Under the pieces are notes generated by a model. The model had not been told where the DNA came from. It made no database searches and saw only the letters and a list, made by a program, of their open reading frames with translations. A DNA stretch of 63,540 nt, filler included, from Octopus bimaculoides (taxonomy: Eukaryota), in the NCBI RefSeq assembly GCF_001194135.2. It is 4 parts of 4 records of this genome, joined end to end, with 100 filler letters (N's around TTAATTAATTAA, not from the genome) between each part and the next. Parts side by side here need not be neighbours in the genome. Positions count along the whole stretch, not along the records: positions 1 to 29,231 come from NC_068989.1; positions 29,332 to 42,313 come from NC_068984.1; 2 more parts are not named here. One strand, 5' to 3'. Position numbers and translations under genes: made by a program. Shown here piece after piece: positions 24,850-37,990 of this stretch (the first letter of the stretch is position 1; every line of letters begins with the position of its first letter).

Positions 24850-25150
24850 ATATATATATTCATACGAATATCACGCACACACCTCCACATCTACCCATAT
24901 ATATATATATATATATATATATACTTGCATACACACATACATATGTGTGTGTATATATATATATATTTGTATATATATACATGCGTACATATATGTGTGT
25001 ATATATATATATATTTGTATATAAATACATACATATATATATACATGTGTATATATATATATATATATATATATTTATGCATATGTGTATATACATATGA
25101 ATATATAAACACATAGATATCTATACTTATATATGTATATGTGTGTGTGT
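24850..25150. repeat. Compound (TA)/(CA)/(TG) microsatellite block (similar block at ~28040-28400)
   Basis: Direct read. Confidence 0.95.
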
Positions 25151-26143
25151 AAGCAATAATGCATTTATGCATATATTAATGTTTGTTATATGGTTCTGGT
25201 TAACGTAGGAGTTTAGGCCGACCACATACTCCCTGCGTTATGAGGAAGACACTCAGAATGCATAAACGTAACGCTGCACAGGAAATTAGATAATGCTTAA
25301 GGTTTTCGCCACCAAGAACAGCAATTAATGACCGAATTTCATTAACCCTTAGAGCAGAAGGGAAGTTTTATCGTTTGAGTATGTGTTCCTGAAATCATTA
25401 TTCATAACTATTGATTATTTTATTTAATTAGCAACTGAATATCTCTTATACTTCCTAAAATATGTATTGGAGATTGACCTAACTGCAATCTGGCTAAATA
25501 TTTATTGCAATTATTTGAACTATACTTTACATTGCCTTTAGGATTATGCATCAGGCGTTAAAATTATCTCATTATAGATTATGTCTCAGAAATGTAAATG
25601 GTAATTGTAGTTGTGATTGAAGATTAAATGTTGCGTTCGTCGTTTGATCATTTACAGACGAACGTGTATATGTTGCTACTAAGTCCCTTGTTATTTTAAC
25701 CTGCGTTTGGAGGAGAGGTTGAATCTTGGGCCTCCAGATGTCTTCCTCCATCTTCCTACATGAATGCTCACATGGAGTAAAGCAGGACTCCATGTGACAA
25801 TTCATGGCTAATATGTACGTACAATCCACATCCACTGAATTATTTGGATGGGAAGTTCTTGATATTTGTAACTCGAAGAAAATATAATCACCATTCACAA
25901 GTACATTTGTTGGAAACCCTGAGAAGGTGTCATACTAATTTTGATGTCTGAGGAGAATATTGAAGCGCTAAACGTTTCATTAATTGACAAATTATGCACA
26001 CAGTTGTTATAGATGAGCAGCTATTTCCTTTAGTCACTGAAACGATCGTAACAAAACATCAACATTCTACCGATTGTTATATGTCTCTATCTACGTATGT
26101 ATGTATGTATGTATGTATCTATATATCTCTCTGTATGTATATA

Positions 26144-26181
<38 letters not shown>

Positions 26182-26182
<1 letters not shown>

Positions 26183-26277
26183 TGTTTTCAGCAATCGTAA
26201 TGGTTTACTTATAAAACGTTATATATATATATATATATAATGTTTTATAAGTAAACCATTACGATTACTGCAAACAG
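26182..26277. repeat. 96-bp near-perfect palindrome centred on (TA)n
   Basis: 40-bp arms CTGTTTTCAGCAATCGTAATGGTTTACTTATAAAACGTTA and TAATGTTTTATAAGTAAACCATTACGATTACTGCAAACAG, with 3 mismatches. Confidence 0.95.
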
Positions 26278-28054
26278 AAATCTTTTTTTCCCCTTCGCAA
26301 TGTTTGTAAAATCATTAATTTGCTTTGCCAAATTGTTATATGCCCATTTTACATGCAATATGTCCAAAGTTATTTTAAAGGCATCTGAATTTCCAATATT
26401 TTGTTACTAAATTTTTCTACAAACATTATCAAATTATGCCTGAAAAATATCCAGGTTATTTTAAAAGACATCATTATTTAATCCTGTATACAACTACATT
26501 TGCATTGTAATAGGATTTCGTATATATTTTATACTTAACTACAACTAGACGATCGTGCAAAACGAGCTTAAAGCTAGATACATACAATATTTTGTGATTG
26601 AAGCAGATTATTCTGACAAATAATGAATAATATTAAAATTTCTCTTTGTTTCTTTTCATCTACAATTAAGTGATTATATATATGGTAACACTGAATGTCT
26701 AGACTTCTTCAAAGTTAAATGTCTAGACACGTTATCAGTCTTAACTTTTTATCAGTCAAATACACCTGCTGTTATTCCTTTACGTTTATAGAATAATTCA
26801 TATTTTATGTCTTATTTGGCGTTGACACACACACACACACGTATATCACATATATTTATATCGCAATTATAAAAATTATTTTTCTATTGTCAGCGACTGA
26901 TGGATTATTCTCTCAGGAGGATAATGAATATTTTTAATTCAACGTATTGCTAATTTGATAATAAAAGAAATATCAACTTAGAGAAACAATTGATGTCTTC
27001 TAAGTTTGAGAATTCATTGTGTTCAGAGAAATTTAAAAGAATATCATTTATAATTTCTTTCTTTATTGAATACAAACGAATTTCGAATTTGATATTATAT
27101 TACAGGAAAAGAGAAAGTTTCACTTTATCACAGAATATCACATTTAGGAATTATGTAAAGCTTACGTTTGCCATCACACTTCTGGTGTTTCTAATCTCTA
27201 TATTTATTATAACAAGGAAATATAGCAGGGTGGCTCAAAAGTCACGAGATCATTTTAAAATTATAACTTTTATTACAATTATATTTTTCAGTTATTTTTC
27301 TTCTTTCCGATTTTTGACATGTAATTCTTGGGGGGAAATCGTAGACAGAATTTTCCTTCACATTATGAGGTTATATGTTGCCATCGTAAGTTCCATATTT
27401 CCTCGATGTTCGATAATGTAAAAGCCCCAATAGCATCGATAGTATTGATTTGATTATATTATCTGGGAACTGAAAAATCGTATGTTTCTGTCCAACCGAA
27501 AGAAAATATAAACATTATTGAGTAAAGGTAAGACACTTCTTGCTTGACTATGAAGCATACGTTTGCAATTTCATTCGGTGAAATGTTACAACTGTATTTG
27601 TAACTCTAATTTAACTGAAACTTATTTGCAGACACTTCCGGTTCCTATCTCGGCAAATATCAATATATAAAGTAACACACATGCACACACAGATATGCGT
27701 GTTTGTGTGTGTATATGCGTAAATTACTGCCGCATCAGTTGCTTGTCACTCCTCAGCTGCCTAGAGTAGTTGAGCGAAGAAGTAAAACAGAATAAATATT
27801 CTAGAATGGATTCTTGCGAAAGATTATTTTGTGTATTCTGATTTCAATTTCAGTTACCTAGGAAGATATCTCAATAAAAATAAAATATAAATTATGAACA
27901 TGATTACAGCTAAAGCCTCAAACAGCTCCAAGAGCTCAATATTAAAGGGTATGGCTATTCAAGTAAATATATATAGAAACAAGGATGCATATCGCAAAGT
28001 TTGCAGTGAAATATGAGTGTGTGAATTTTTGTGTAATTATGTCTGTATATTATA

Positions 28055-28103
<49 letters not shown>

Positions 28104-28399
28104 GTGTGTGTGTGAGTGTGTATACGTGTATATATGCATGTGTATATATGTACATGTGTGTATGTGTGTATATATATGTGTGTGTATGTATGTATATGTA
28201 CATATGTTTGTGCATATATGTATGTGTATATATGTATGTATATGTGTATATATGTATGTGTATACATGTCTGTATAATTTTATATGTATATATATATATA
28301 TGTATATATATATACATATAAGTATATATATATATATAAGTATATATATATATACATATAAGTGTGTATATATCTATATATATATATATATATATATAT

Positions 28400-28977
28400 C
28401 AGTATTTGCCCATCCCCAACACCTAAACATGCTAGATGACCAGCCACAACAAAATAAGCGGGAGCGCAGAAAAGGGAAACCAAAAAACTTGAACCTGCAT
28501 ACCCATAATCCACCAAGAACCAACAGGACTCACAAGGAAAGAAGTCCACATATTCCTTCTGCTCCCAACAAAAGGCTATATGCAGAGGCTGTGCGAACTG
28601 CAGCAGCTGAACAGCAAACTTTTTTAAGCATGGCCCAGAAAATAGTGCATCATCTAAAATGGATACAGAAGGTACATATTCAACACCATACAAACCACTA
28701 TCCAAGACCACCTGAGACGATAGATCCAGGAAGGCCACGACTATCACCAGGGACCCCTGCACACATATCACACACATATTCCTACTGAATATGTTTCCTC
28801 TTTTCACACTGATATTTGTGATACACGATCCCTACTGATCGGCCCACACGTTTTTTTTTTACGATCCCTTTTTTACCATCGAAATTCTATCTCCACCACT
28901 TTTTTCCTTTTCTTCCCGAAAAGAAAAGCTCTACTTTGTATTTTGTCCCCTGTGTTCAGCCCTGTGTGGCCAATAAA
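28400..28977 (+). mobile_element. Unclassified retroelement end: low-complexity ORF1-like stretch plus LINE-type 3' tail
   Basis: Open frame ...PSAPNKRLYAEAVRTAAAEQQ... stops at 28788. Its tail TTTGTCCCCTGTGTTCAGCCCTGTGTGGCCAATAAA resembles the L1/Tx1 tail at 868-930. Confidence 0.4.
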
Positions 28978-29231
28978 TATATCTACCTATCTATCTATCT
29001 GCCTACCAACCTATCTACCTACCTACCTACCTGTCTATCTACCTACCTACCTGTCTATCTACCTGTCTACCTACCTACCTATCTACCTGTCTACCTACCT
29101 ACCTATCTACCTGTATACCTACCTAACTACCTGTCTATCTACCTACCTACCTGTCTATCTACCTACCTACCTGTCTATCTACCTACCTACCTGTCTATCT
29201 ACCTACCTACCTGTCTATCTACCTACCTACC
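28978..29231. repeat. Compound tetranucleotide array (CTAC/CTAT/CTGT; ~20-bp higher-order unit CTGTCTATCTACCTACCTAC)
   Basis: Direct read. It runs into the gap. Confidence 0.95.
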
Positions 29232-29331
29232 NNNNNNNNNNNNNNNNNNNNNNNNNNNNNNNNNNNNNNNNNNNNTTAATTAATTAANNNNNNNNNNNNN
29301 NNNNNNNNNNNNNNNNNNNNNNNNNNNNNNN
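29232..29331. other. 100-bp scaffold spacer: 44 N + TTAATTAATTAA + 44 N (also 42314-42413 and 54354-54453)
   Basis: The three instances are identical in structure. The 12-mer has stop codons in all six frames, as expected of an artificial linker. Confidence 0.95.
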
Positions 29332-29760
<429 letters not shown>

Positions 29761-30159
29761 TACAAAACTATTAATTTCAACGTAGTTTCAGCTTCTAGGC
29801 TTCTAATCAAATAGGAAACACGTTCAAAACCATACAACATGAAATATTCAATAAGTTGTAATTGCTCATATCTTCGGACTTACATCAGTCACCAGACTCC
29901 TAGTTTGATCGGGAGAAATGTTGTCTAACTCTTTTGTACTAAAAGTTTCTACAAATTAGGAAGGATTTATAAATATCAAATGACGTAACAGACATCTTTT
30001 CTCTTTGGAAATATAAAGACATCAGCTAAGAAAATGCAAATGGTTGGTCCGTTACATTTGTATTCTCATGAACATTTTTGTGTGTTTATTTGAAAGTTAT
30101 GAAAGGTGACTTTTATAGATTAATTTATACGGTTTGAAGGTGGTTATATTGTATAATGG

Positions 30160-30640
30160 AAATTTCAAACCATCTGGTCTATTCCTCATGCAAAGCATGT
30201 AGAAGAGTATTATGTAAGCATGACTACTTTTAATGATATTGAATACAACACTGAATAGTGGAAGTTTTATAGAGATCTCAATGCATTTGCTATGTTAATG
30301 GGAATGCAAAGCGTTTCATGAAGCATTTCTGCTTTCAGTATCAGTTCATTTGTTACTTTTAGTACCGAGCATCATTATGGAAGAGAATTGCCCTCGAGCT
30401 CTTCATGCGTTTCTAGAAGGAATCGCTGACAAATATTTCCTTATATTTGTCTTGTGTTTACATTAAACTTTCTTTAATAAAGATTTTTGTCAAGGTCATA
30501 GGTAATGGATCTGAAGATGGTTTTGAAGAATTCCGATTTTTCTGAGAAATGTTTCGAAAATTAAGTATTGTAAATGCTATAAGGGTTGTTTTATAGACCC
30601 CATATCCGAGAGATGAACTTTTTAATGAAGCGTTCACTGC
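30160..30640 (+). mobile_element. Decayed DNA transposase fragment, probably Chapaev3 (CMC) type
   Basis: Across frameshifts it reads HAKHVEEYY...IEYN..*WKF..DLNAFAMLMGMQ..FMKHFCF...EHHY...YIKLSLIKIFVK.....GF...FRKLS. This matches the GDLK..LLG.Q.G.TK..CF.C and HIKLGL.K.FVK motifs. The superfamily name is from memory. Confidence 0.55.
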
Positions 30641-30741
30641 TCCCTCCAAATTTCTAACATTCTGTTGTGTTGACGCCCCCAGGCGGAGAAGTAGGATCTC
30701 CCAAGACATATAGATAGAAGTAGTCTGGCCGTGGTAGGAGT

Positions 30742-30807
30742 GTTGAGTAGCAGTTGAGTAGCTGTTGAGTAACAGCCAAGTAGCTGTTGAGTAGCGGTGG
30801 AGTAGAG
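30742..30807. repeat. 6 x 11-bp minisatellite (GTTGAGTAGCN)
   Basis: Direct read. Confidence 0.85.
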
Positions 30808-33213
30808 ATCATCCGAAGGTGCTAGATAGCAGTAGCGTTGAGACATAACACATTCAGACCTAGATTTGTTACCTGAAATACTGGGAAAAGACATATCTTG
30901 AAGCAAGATAATTAGGGATATGGAACAGATTTATGCTAGCAGATTACTCCTGGATTGCGATGATGCAAAACATGTTTGCGAGAAAAGACATTACATTTTT
31001 GATCGTAATTTTACCTAGATATGAACATATATACGTATTCCAGTAGTAAAACGTATTTGAAAGTAAACAATACTATTATCTGATTTACACCTATTCACAC
31101 ACGCATACACTCACACAAATATAGCTTCTTCAATAGTAAAATAGACATATATCTAAAACCTGAATGCGATAGTAAAAACACTGAAGCTAAATGTAGAATT
31201 AATATCGATTTCTCTCTAGAAAAAGTGGATTTATATCTCCACTGAGATTCAGACATCTATATTTTTCTGGTATCTGTAACATCTTACCAGTTTTCTTTTA
31301 TATCCTAAATGCTATCAAAAATAGACTTCTTCCGAGGCTTTTGGTAGAATAACTCGATAAGAATGTCGAGAGTACGTTTTTTGCAAATATAGGTGAAAAT
31401 ATAATACAATTTAGATATATAATTACGCCTCTTAACTTAGAAGATCAATCAAAGCGAGGCTAATGTATGGAAATGTCCATAAATATTTTCATATGTTACG
31501 AAGTCAAACAATGTGCTGTTGAAATGTTCATATATATTTTTTGTAGAAATCTACATATATAATTTGATGTGCAAGAAACTCCTTTGAATAACGAGTCTGT
31601 AAATTAAAAATATTTTTATGGGTAGATAATTGACAGAAGAAGATATAGATAGACGAGACATGTTTTTAAAACAGTAGAAAGAAATCTTGCCAAGATATTC
31701 CTGATTCAACTTTTATGATGATTAAAGTACATAAAACAGAGCCGATTGTGTTGTATTTTGTGTTTTCCTGGTGAGCGTATAGCAAGTAACTGAGGAGCTC
31801 AACTGCTATGCTTGCTCGATATCGAAACAAGTGCTTTGTTTACATAGCTTCAAAAGTCGTTCATAGACTTACTAGATTTTAATTGAGTAAAGGCAAATAG
31901 TTAATGTTTTTAATGGGTAAAGAATAAATATTACGAGAGCGAAGAACCAATACGCTAGCACTAGAATGGAATAGCCACGTACATTTTCGGGAATTTTCGA
32001 ATTGCTTTTCGTTTCAGTAAAACCATAGACATAATGCATGTATAAGAGAAAATATAGTAATTGTTTTGTAGGAGTATATTATTGGATTTCTGAAAAACAA
32101 AATTCTAAGAATGTTTCTTGATACAATATTATAAAAAATAGCATAAGCATTATTATATATGCACAAACACATACATCTGAGTGTGTGTTTATAAATATAG
32201 ATTACATATATATTAGTGTGTAAACATTTACATGTAAATTCTATATTCATATAATTGCATATATGAATGGACATGTATACGAAGCATGAACTTCTGAATA
32301 TATATGTACATAGATATGTATTTTATATATATANNNNNNNNNNNNNNNNNNNNNNNNNNNNNNNNNNNNNNNNNNNNNNNNNNNNNNNNNNNNNNNNNNN
32401 NNNNNNNNNNNNNNNNNNNNNNNNNNNNNNNNNNNNNNNNNNNNNNNNNNNNNNNNNNNNNNNNNNNNNNNNNNNNNNNNNNNNNNNNNNNNNNNNNNNN
32501 NNNNNNNNNNNNNNNNNNNNNNNNNNNNNNNNNNNNNNNNNNNNNNNNNNNNNNNNNNNNNNNNNNNNNNNNNNNNNNNNNNNNNNNNNNNNNNNNNTAT
32601 ATATATGTATATATATACAAACACATATTTTGTTATTTTTTATATAATATTGGTTTATGTGATAATACTTTGCCGAAAGAAATTGTTTCTTTTCTATTCA
32701 TACTCATCATAATCTTACAGATTTTAAATTTTCATAGAATTTGTTTTTATGTTTTCATTTGTAAAAATGTATTCTTTGCAGAAGAGTGCTTGTTGAATAC
32801 ATAAAACGAGAGTTTTTACCATCACGACTGATACTGATTCTATTCTATTCTGGAGTACATGATGCAATCTGTTTTCTTCTTTTTAGTAGCTGTTTTATAT
32901 TTTTATGTTGTTGAAATGAAAATATTATGAAATATAGTGGAAACTGTAATTGCATCATTGAATTAAGAGAACAAAAATATAGATAGCATGTACGTTGCAT
33001 TACACTTTAGTGTAGTGTGTGAGATTGACAGCAGTTATTGAAATACGGAATACAATGGAGATTGCAATGGAACCTCTGCGTTCGTAAATACACCAGCGTG
33101 TAAAAATAGCAAACTAATTTTTTTGAACTCGCACCCAAATGGAAACATACGTTACATTATATAATTCCCGGTACATTAAGCTTGCATATCATATACGTAT
33201 GTATTTGCGTGTG

Positions 33214-33256
<43 letters not shown>

Positions 33257-36200
33257 GCACATTAACAGACATGGACTAGCATGGACGTACACATATCAAT
33301 ATACAGTAAAGCAAAACAGAGAGTGTGATAGAAAACGTATAATGAATTTGAGGAAGCTCAAACTGTACATATTAAGTTTGCCGCTGGGACATATTAAACA
33401 GACATGAATTTGATCATGTGCTTTCGTGATATACAGAGATAGACTTGACATCGCCTGACATATCTCTTGGTATATGCACAACTTATCACATAAAAAGAAA
33501 AGTGTAGGCTAATTACTTTAAAGATATCTTACGTTTTCTACCACATGCTATTATGATCATAGATCTCTATTAACAATTTATTCCCGAGATCGATAAATCA
33601 CAAATGCAAATTAGTGTGGTCATTTCGGTTATTACCATTTTGCTAATGCTTCCTTCATAGGCAAACGAATGAGCAGGACTTGTTTTTTTCTGATGAATGG
33701 TCCGGAAATTGTGAAACATAAGGTAATCTCCCACTTTTTTCTGTGTATGAAAAGAAAATCTATAAATGTATTCATGTCATAGAAAAAGATTCAAAACAGT
33801 CACTTAAAAATTCTTAAATTTATCCTGTCTTTTTAAATGTATGTTGCACAATGTGTCAGTATTTAATTATTAAATCAAGCAACTGACAATTGCACGATAA
33901 GCAAAGTTCTAGTTTGGCACAGAGTGAGGTTGCGATTTACATTAACCACTCTTGTGAAGTAGAACAATGCATGGTATTTGCCTATTGATGAATGATCCCT
34001 CTATCGAAAATCATGACAAGTTAATCACCGTTATGTTTGTTGTGTGGAATAGAGCTTAAGATTCACAACTGTATAAATATTAACAATGGCCGTTAGATGT
34101 ACATAGACATGACCCAAGAACAGCCGTAAAATATTCTTTTGCGAAAAAAGTCCTCCACTTATGAACGTAGCTATGATTCCTAAGAGAAAATGGACACAAA
34201 AAGGCAAGAAAAAAAAAGCAGAAAAAAAAAAATGAAACACAATCCCTCTCATCCACCCATTACTGGGATGCTTGAATTACTAATACAGCTCTGTGTTAGT
34301 AGCAGAATTATTAATCATACACTTATCCTTGTTTTCCCTTCTTGTATACCATACTGTGATACAAAAATTAGATTTGTTTTAAATGTTTAGAGTTGAAAGT
34401 AAAAAATATGAGCCAATGCCTTCTGTTTTAAATTAGTGTCAGCATTATCTAATAACACCTTAGATTATTTTTGTAGATACAAAGTCTCTTTTACTTACCG
34501 CAAGTTAAGTATTCATAAAATATCTAAATGTTTGACTAATATCTCCCGGAAAACTTCAAAAACATTTTTATATCTGTCAAAAATAAATCAGAGTCTACCA
34601 TCCTTCCATTCTTTGTGCAACCAGCTCAATCATCTTGTTAATTAACAGAAGGTCACTTTTCATGCAAATGTCTGTTCGAAACTATATATTCTTTTCTTCA
34701 CAAGAATAAGTTGGAGTTTAATGGCAAATAGGATATCAAATTTTCTCATAATTCTCGAGTTTAAATCGCCAGCGTAGGTTTTGTGGAAGAATTTCGTTGA
34801 ACTGGAAGTAAATAAATATATGTTATTGCATGAATCTGTATAAGACAGATTTGCATCCCACAGAGTGAAGAATCTATCATTTACTTGTGATATGTGAAAG
34901 ATGTGCAAAGCACAGATTAGTTATGGATTCGTTACTGCACAATCTAGGCTTGTTTAAAGTTGTGATAGAGAGAACGATGTATATTTGATCAATAATGAAG
35001 ACTTCAACTGGTAGAACGTACAAATGATCCAGCAATCATTTTATGCACCAATAATTACATGCATGCATGTTTTTCCTGCATAAAAATGTTTTATAAGTCA
35101 TACATCTTTGGTTGTTTAGCAATTTGGTGAAAGAATCCCCAATTAAAGTGGCTGTTATCAACAACAAAGATCTTTCAGTATCAGAAGCTGTCCGTAATAC
35201 ATGTTAAATTTGCAATATTTATTGTTTCCCTATAATCATTAAACCGAGTTTTATTTGCTGGTATTTGTTGTCTTTTGCACTGATATAACTTCAAGGTTCG
35301 TTTCGTTCTTACTTGGAATCCAGTTATCATACATAAGTCTATGTTGTTAACATATATAATTCGTATATAATTTGGAAATAGGAATTTTTTTCTCTCTTTC
35401 TAAACTGTACATTTAGTAATATTTTTTTTCTATAAAATTGCACGTTTTCTTCTGTCTTTAAACTCTGACATCAAAAGTTTCACCATTTGAATGATACCAT
35501 GACGCAACAATTTTCGTTAAAGCTTGTTTTAAATTTACACCTCTTACCTTATATGCATATTGTTTTTCAACAAGGAGAATTAACTGAAATCTAATTCTAC
35601 ATATTTTACATTCTTTGCTTTCTTGTTTTTTCCTGTGCATTCATTTATTGAATTTTGTATCCTATAATGATACTACCTTTCATGTAATGAAATGAATATT
35701 TAAATTCCTTTTCGCAGTCTTTGAAAATTAAAAGAATCCATGTTTAACAGTGCAAAATAGAATTCGTTTTATTACCACAGTTTACTGTATTTTGATGCCG
35801 AACCTCCTGCACTTCATCACATAAATGTTCTCTGTTTACTTGAATATACGTTGTTCTGTATAGGTTAAAATTTTTGAATATAATTTCTTCTGTTAAACTG
35901 AGCTATTTTATAGCTTTGTATGTATATGTATGCATGTGTAAATACATACATACATATATGCATACGCACACACACACACACACAAACACATATATGTATA
36001 NNNNNNNNNNNNNNNNNNNNNNNNNNNNNNNNNNNNNNNNNNNNNNNNNNNNNNNNNNNNNNNNNNNNNNNNNNNNNNNNNNNNNNNNNNNNNNNNNNNN
36101 NNNNNNNNNNNNNNNNNNNNNNNNNNNNNNNNNNNNNNNNNNNNNNNNNNNNNNNNNNNNNNNNNNNNNNNNNNNNNNNNNNNNNNNNNNNNNNNNNNNN

Positions 36201-36711
36201 NNNNNNNNNNNNNNNNNNNNNNNNNNNNNNNNNNNNNNNNNNNNNNNNNNNNNNNNNNNNNNNNNNNNNNNNNNNNNNNNNNNNNNNNNNNNNNNNNNNN
36301 NNNNNNNNNNNNNNNNNNNNNNNNNNNNNNNNNNNNNNNNNNNNNNNNNNNNNNNNNNNNNNNNNNNNNNNNNNNNNNNNNNNNNNNNNNNNNNNNNNNN
36401 NNNNNNNNNNNNNNNNNNNNNNNNNNNNNNNNNNNNNNNNNNNNNNNNNNNNNNNNNNNNNNNNNNNNNNNNNNNNNNNNNNNNNNNNNNNNNNNNNNNN
36501 NNNNNNNNNNNNNNNNNNNNNNNNNNNNNNNNNNNNNNNNNNNNNNNNNNNNNNNNNNNNNNNNNNNNNNNNNNNNNNNNNNNNNNNNNNNNNNNNNNNN
36601 NNNNNNNNNNNNNNNNNNNNNNNNNNNNNNNNNNNNNNNNNNNNNNNNNNNNNNNNNNNNNNNNNNNNNNNNNNNNNNNNNNNNNNNNNNNNNNNNNNNN
36701 NNNNNNNNNNN

Positions 36712-36746
<35 letters not shown>

Positions 36747-36813
36747 TAAATTTTATTTCGTAATGAAATAAAAAATACCAAGGCTTTGTAGATTTTAGAG
36801 CATTTATAAATAG

Positions 36814-36861
36814 GTCTTACAGCTGTTTCCAGGATATTTATTATATCCCTTCATCGGAGAC
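36814..36861 (-). ncRNA. Minimal type I hammerhead ribozyme motif, core variant (U4C)
   Basis: Minus strand reads GTCT-CCGATGA-AGGGATAT(AATAA)ATATCCTG-GAAA-CAGCTG-TA|AGAC. Stem I is 4/4, stem II is 6-7 bp and stem III is palindromic. Confidence 0.6.
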
Positions 36862-36999
36862 GGTGTGAGAAGATGATTAAACAATAATTAATTTAGATAA
36901 AATACGAAATAGAGAGTGAAATAGAGGAATGAAAACAGATGTGAGATACGCAGGGGTATTGTATTTGTAGATCCATTATTTAGGCAGAATGGTATACAT

Positions 37000-37990
37000 A
37001 TAAGATTCCAATACCTTGAGAGTAAGGTGACTGAACTACGCACGAATGAACTTGTCGTCACGAGGAACATCATTAGATTGCAGACTCTCCAAGTATATCC
37101 GACTTTAAAGTATCTCCTGGCTGGTGTACGAGGTTTATGAAACGCCAGTCTTACGCTGAGAAATTACTCGCCGACGTAGAGAGCAAAGTTGATTCCTTCC
37201 ATCGGTATGTGTTAGAAATCTATGAAAGAGCCACGAGGTTTCCTTGGAAACAATCGATAATATGGACGAGACACCCCCTTTTTTCGATATGGATGGAACT
37301 CGGACTGCCGACGTTAAAGGGAAAAACAGAATTTCGGTAAAAAACTTTGGGGAGTACAAGGCCAACTACACCGCAATTTTGGCTTGTATGGCTGACGGTA
37401 CGAAACTTACCCCGGCTGTTGTTTTCAAAAGAAAGACTTCCTCGAATGAGAAGTTTCCGAAAGGCATAGTGGTGTATTTCATGCGAAAGGTCAGGTTAAT
37501 GAAACCCTATTGACGAACTAGATAAACGAAGTGTGGTTCAAGAGCGCAGGGGCTACGCTTATTCAAATTCGCTTCTTGTAGGGGATGTGTTTAGGGCTCA
37601 TCTGATCGACAGCATAAAAATAGATTAAAGGAGTGTCGCACCTACTAAGCTGTGATTCCAGGTGGATGTACATCTGCGTCGGTGAACAAGCCTTTTAAGG
37701 TGAACATGCGTGCCAAGTGGAATGAATGGATGACTAAGGGTGTCAAGGTAATGACAAAGGCTGGACACTTTAAACACCCTGGCCTTAAGACTGTCAGTGC
37801 ATGATAGATCCATGGGTTGAAATATCGAGTGAACTTGTGATAAAATCATTTTTGAAATGCGGGATCTCAAATTCCATGTATGGCACGGAAGATGACGAAC
37901 TATATACTGACTTCGTTTGTGCAACAAATGATAGCCCCAGTGCTTCATCAGTGAATGAAGATTAGACAAGTGAAGACGAGGATCATGGTG
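37000..37990 (+). mobile_element. pogo/Tigger-type transposase (HTH CENP-B plus DDE_1), pseudogenised
   Basis: Reads FKVSPGWCTRFMKR; NMDETP.FFDM..TRT.DVKG...LACMADGTKL...VFKRKT..EKFP.G; DVFRAH...AVIPGGCTS|SVNKPFK (LQPLDV segment missing); IKSFLKCGISN...GTEDD. It has stops and frameshifts. Confidence 0.85.

Noticed and set aside
24236-25172. HT/CV/YI/poly-amino-acid ORFs here and at 2.4, 5.9, 28.0, 29.0, 29.4, 53.1, 55.4, 56.5 and 62.5 kb
   Set aside because: These are translations of microsatellites with no domain content.
25940-25985. Hammerhead-like CTGAGGA...TAAACGTT
   Set aside because: G12 is changed and neither stem I nor stem II pairs convincingly.
26990-27421. 143-aa hydrophobic ORF; contains CAGGGTGGCTCAAAAGTC (Tc1-like TIR start) at ~27226
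   Set aside because: The F/I/K bias reflects AT-rich DNA and no partner TIR was found.
33685-33730. Hammerhead-like CTGATGA...GAAAC
   Set aside because: Stem II is mostly G.U pairs, with no stem I or proper cleavage triplet.
34840-34915. C2H2 zinc-finger-like FTCDM*K
   Set aside because: It contains a stop and has no second finger or HxxxH in register.
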